A DNA stretch of 64,000 nt, from positions 27,280,001 through 27,344,000 of the forward strand of contig OZ249441.1 in NCBI GenBank assembly GCA_965235115.1, written 5' to 3'. The notes under the pieces were generated by a model that saw only the letters and a list, made by a program, of their open reading frames with translations, did not search any database and was not told where the DNA came from. This document shows positions 63,541-64,000 of the stretch, one piece after another. The translations under genes and the position numbers were made by a program. Position 1 is the first letter of the stretch; each line of letters opens with the position of its first letter. Source of the stretch: Laetmonice hystrix. Its lineage: Eukaryota.

Positions 63541-64000
63541 TAGGTTAGCTTCATTATACAGATCTGTAATCTCTGTGAGTGACGTCTCTCTGTGAGGGAA
63601 TCATACTTTCTTTTTCTTTAAACTAACATATGGACAAAAACAAACTGTCGCACAATAACTTTTAACTGTGTGCTCATTCACTTCAATTTGAACAGGGAAA
63701 ATGTTTCATGTGAGAAATATTTCCAACGCCGGCATTAAACTGCCTAAATGCGATCCCTGGTCCCAGAGAGTGTTGTTCACATCTGACCCCGTGACTCGAG
63801 AGGTCAGCTGCTGGTGATGACCTGGTCAGTGCGGGTCAGGAGACCCATGTCAACATTAAAATCCTCTCTCAGCATCCTGTGGGGGTTCGTTCAGTCCAGG
63901 TAACCGACAAGGTTCTCTGACCTTGGACTCTCAACGGCAGTTTCTGACAATCAGCCTTTAAAAAAAAAACACTCAAGACTCTATAACCATCTCCTAAACT

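Overview
Eukaryotic (invertebrate animal) genomic DNA: spliceosomal introns throughout, AT-rich and packed with non-autonomous DNA transposons; a lophotrochozoan such as a mollusc is plausible but not provable from this window. Five spliced genes were reconstructed by hand from splice sites and reading phases. (1) A minus-strand gene starting at 23625 and running off the window start, which I cannot name: Q/N/GY prion-like exon, KHDC4/SF1-type KH domain, then a tandemly duplicated module of [giant RS-repeat exon + SGNH-fold exon whose nucleophile Ser is replaced by Ala]. (2) SMPD2 (neutral sphingomyelinase 1, +, 26263-31597) with a duplicated, apparently mutually exclusive exon 2. (3) SKA3-like (-, 40921-34432) with serially duplicated TPG(V/L)KQ exons and a Ska1-like C-terminus. 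(4) A mitochondrial, probably NAD-preferring malic enzyme (+, 43237-50440). (5) The 3' part of a WAVE/SCAR gene (-, 63061-58575). Genes 1/2 and 3/4 are head-to-head; 2/3 and 4/5 are tail-to-tail. Introns carry hAT-like MITEs with 5-, 6- and 8-bp TSDs, Kolobok-like (TTAA), PIF/Harbinger-like (CWG) and Tc1/mariner-like (TA) MITEs, a 3.2-kb fold-back element and a 5'-truncated L2 LINE. The most novel item is the KH-RS-pseudo-SGNH gene, whose architecture recalls, by analogy only, the RNA-binding inactive SGNH domain of insect Oskar. All exon models are manual and lack transcript support. No tRNA, rRNA or CRISPR array was found.
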